From a virus (Duplodnaviria; Heunggongvirae; Uroviricota; Caudoviricetes), in the IMG/VR virus record IMGVR_UViG_2703718829_000003: DNA of 8,514 nucleotides. One strand, given 5' to 3'. A model generated the notes under the pieces. It made no database searches, was not told the DNA's origin, and saw only the letters and a list, made by a program, of their open reading frames with translations. This document shows, piece by piece, positions 7,118 through 8,514 of this stretch (positions within the stretch are counted from its first letter, which is position 1; each line of letters begins with the position of its first letter). The translations under genes and the position numbers were made by a program.

Positions 7118-7431
7118 GGGGGGTGCGCAAAGCGGTTACAACGGTTACAAATTTAAAATCACTTATTTTTGCATTATATATCAATACATTATAACTGGTC
7201 GGATGAGTTACAAAAGCGGTTACAACGCGGTTACATGTAACCGTTTTGTTAGGTTACAGGCGGTTACAGGTTAAGTTTTTAATTGATTGATAATAAAGTG
7301 CTTTTTGAAACCTGTAACCGTTGTAACCGCAGTGTAACCGCAAAGCGGTTACAAACAATATCCATTAAAATCATGCTGTTAAGTGGTGTTTTTGACTGTT
7401 GTAACCGTTGTAACCGCTTTGCGCACCCCCC
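7118..7431. repeat. Iteron array (at least 13 copies of CGGTTACA / TGTAACCG) bounded by a perfect 33-bp inverted repeat; putative origin of replication
   Basis: The inverted-repeat arms 7118-7150 and 7399-7431 are exact reverse complements (GGGGGGTGCGCAAAGCGGTTACAACGGTTACAA). Octamer copies in + orientation begin near 7133, 7142, 7217, 7228, 7252 (GGTTACA only), 7261 and 7346; in inverted orientation at 7236, 7313, 7322, 7333, 7400 and 7409. A 16-bp perfect palindrome CGGTTACATGTAACCG lies at 7228-7243. AT-rich spacers separate the clusters. Confidence 0.5.
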
Positions 7432-7657
7432 ACCGGATTATGAGGCAGAGCCCCAAAACAACTGGCCTGACCTCTAACAAAAATGCAACATCAATCATTG
7501 ATTTTTTGGGGCTGTCAGTCACGGGGAGTTGCCCTGTTGTTTGGCAGAAAAATGAAGTATGTACATGCGCGGCGGGGATGGTAAAAAACGTAATACACGC
7601 GGCGCAGTTGCCATAAAAAATCTCTCAAAAGCACTCTTTTTGACGCTATTGTTCATC

Positions 7658-7686
7658 TGCACAAAAGTGCACAAATTTGCACAATT
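7658..7686 (+). repeat. Three tandem TGCACAA repeats with exact 10-bp periodicity, plus a fourth copy at 7749-7757; candidate operator
   Basis: TGCACAA starts at 7658, 7668 and 7678; GTGCACAAA recurs at 7749-7757. A related imperfect palindrome GTGCAtttagTGCAC occurs at 1617-1631. Confidence 0.35.
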
Positions 7687-8047
7687 TTTTAGAGTAACTT
7701 TTTGCCCATCCGGCCCAGTACTGGCGCGCCCGGAGGGCGATTTCGTGCGTGCACAAAAAACGGTGAGTTTTTCGCGCGCAGGTGACGGGGGAACAGCACG
7801 CGTTTCAGGGGGTAAATTACATTTTCGCTAAAGGCTGCGGGAATGCCCCGACCGGGTTAGTTTTATCGCCAGCCAGAGCCGTTCTTACGGCAAGAGAGAA
7901 CTGATACGGGGAATGTGACGAGTGAGCATGGGAACGGCGCGCCCGTGCGTAATACGCGGCGACTGCTGCGGGTTTATTTGATACAGCCAGAGGGGGGCGG
8001 CAGAAGATATAATAGGTTAAATTTCACACCAGTAAGAGGAGCGTGAT

Positions 8048-8230
8048 ATGTCTTTCCCTTGCCCGGCCTGTGGCGCTTCAGCCCGCACCCGTGGTCGTTC
8101 GTTGGAAGAACACGAACAAAACATCTACAGAACGTATTACCAGTGCAATAATATTGAGTGTGGGGCTTGTTTTTGTACGCTTGAGTCGTTTGTACGCATT
8201 ACTAAGCGCAGGAAGTCGAAAACTTCATAG
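8048..8230 (+). CDS. ogr: Ogr/Delta-family zinc-finger transcriptional activator homologue, 60 aa
   Basis: AGGAG (8036-8040) 7 nt before the ATG at 8048. Product MSFPCPACGASARTRGRSL...YYQCNNIECGACFCTLESF matches the Ogr/Delta signature (C-P-x-C ... ARTxR ... Y-x-Q-C-x-N-x-x-C ... F-x-T-x-ES) with four Cys ligands. Confidence 0.8.
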   Translation: MSFPCPACGASARTRGRSLEEHEQNIYRTYYQCNNIECGACFCTLESFVRITKRRKSKTS

Positions 8231-8280
8231 TGATTTGTATAACACAGCCAGCGAGTGTGACCGGCTGCGTTATTTCTGTA

Positions 8281-8514
8281 TTACGTCGTGTGGTTCTGGT
8301 CATTTGCCCAGGCCCACACATCCCCCGCTACATTGCGCCCGTTGCAGTCTTCTTCCTGCGTTTCCCCGGCCTTAATTCCCTGACTGATAAACATTCTGAC
8401 GCACTGGGAGTAGTTCATCTCTCTGTCCTGACATATCTGATTTATTTTATGGTCGATTTCGTGCGGGATACGAATACAGCGTAATACGCATCGCATTTTC
8501 TTTTGTTTTTTCAT
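8281..8514 (-). CDS. Small hypothetical protein, 77 aa; possible ribbon-helix-helix-type DNA-binding regulator; start coincides with the window edge
   Basis: Minus-strand ORF convergent with the ogr-like gene, with a 50-bp gap. Basic N-terminus MKKQKKMRCVLRCIRIPHEIDHKINQICQDREMNYSQCVRMFISQGIKAG is compatible with a beta-strand / helix / helix fold. The ATG is the last codon of the window, so the ribosome-binding site and any N-terminal extension are unseen. An alternative start is Met7 (8494-8496). Confidence 0.45.
   Translation of the reverse strand: MKKQKKMRCVLRCIRIPHEIDHKINQICQDREMNYSQCVRMFISQGIKAGETQEEDCNGRNVAGDVWAWANDQNHTT

Noticed and set aside
7133-7416. CRISPR array interpretation of the short repeats
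   Set aside because: Repeats are only 8 bp, occur in both orientations with irregular spacing, and have no uniform spacer length; this is inconsistent with a CRISPR repeat-spacer architecture.
7118-7431. Miniature inverted-repeat transposable element (MITE) bounded by the 33-bp inverted repeats
   Set aside because: The arm sequence is itself built from the internal iteron motif and no target-site duplication is evident next to the arms; an origin/regulatory array fits better. This cannot be fully excluded without comparative data.
7283-7831. Three + strand ORFs (64-90 aa) across the iteron array and downstream repeats
   Set aside because: Their sequences are dominated by translated repeats (CNRCNR from TGTAACCGTTGTAACCGC); no ribosome-binding sites; the region is better explained as origin/regulatory DNA.
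7978-8013. Canonical sigma70 promoter for the ogr-like gene (TTGATA ... TATAAT)
   Set aside because: The two hexamers are 24 bp apart, well outside the functional 16-18-bp spacing. Expression likely depends on an activator or a promoter I could not identify.
6867-8047. tRNA or tmRNA gene as integration target next to the integrase
   Set aside because: No T-loop-like GGTTCGA/GTTCRA motif with a matching acceptor stem was seen in the non-coding stretches; the att site is probably outside the window.
8043-8484. Alternative + strand ORFs (110 aa and 84 aa) overlapping the ogr-like gene and the minus-strand gene
   Set aside because: The 60-aa frame carries the complete Ogr/Delta zinc-finger signature and a ribosome-binding site; the 84-aa + strand ORF is hydrophobic and low-complexity, and is antisense to a more protein-like minus-strand ORF.

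Overview
This 8.5-kb window reads as the replication/integration core of a satellite-like integrative mobile element (P4/PICI-type architecture, enterobacterial style). All genes but one are on the + strand. Left to right: an AT-rich 350-aa ORF of unknown function that is a compositional outlier; an AlpA-family HTH regulator; a ~550-bp untranslated region with promoter-like, palindromic and repeated motifs; four short translationally coupled ORFs; a 101-aa ORF; a large primase-helicase (Zn-ribbon + TOPRIM + P-loop, P4 alpha-like); a small tyrosine integrase that starts 2 nt after the primase stop; an intrinsic terminator; a ~300-bp array of 8-bp iterons bounded by a perfect 33-bp inverted repeat (putative origin); an Ogr/Delta-type zinc-finger activator homologue; and a convergent minus-strand small ORF with a ribbon-helix-helix-like N-terminus. 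No rRNA, tRNA or CRISPR array was seen. All functional calls rest on motif recognition by eye in the supplied translations; no database search or computation was run, and the element boundaries (att sites) are not in the window.
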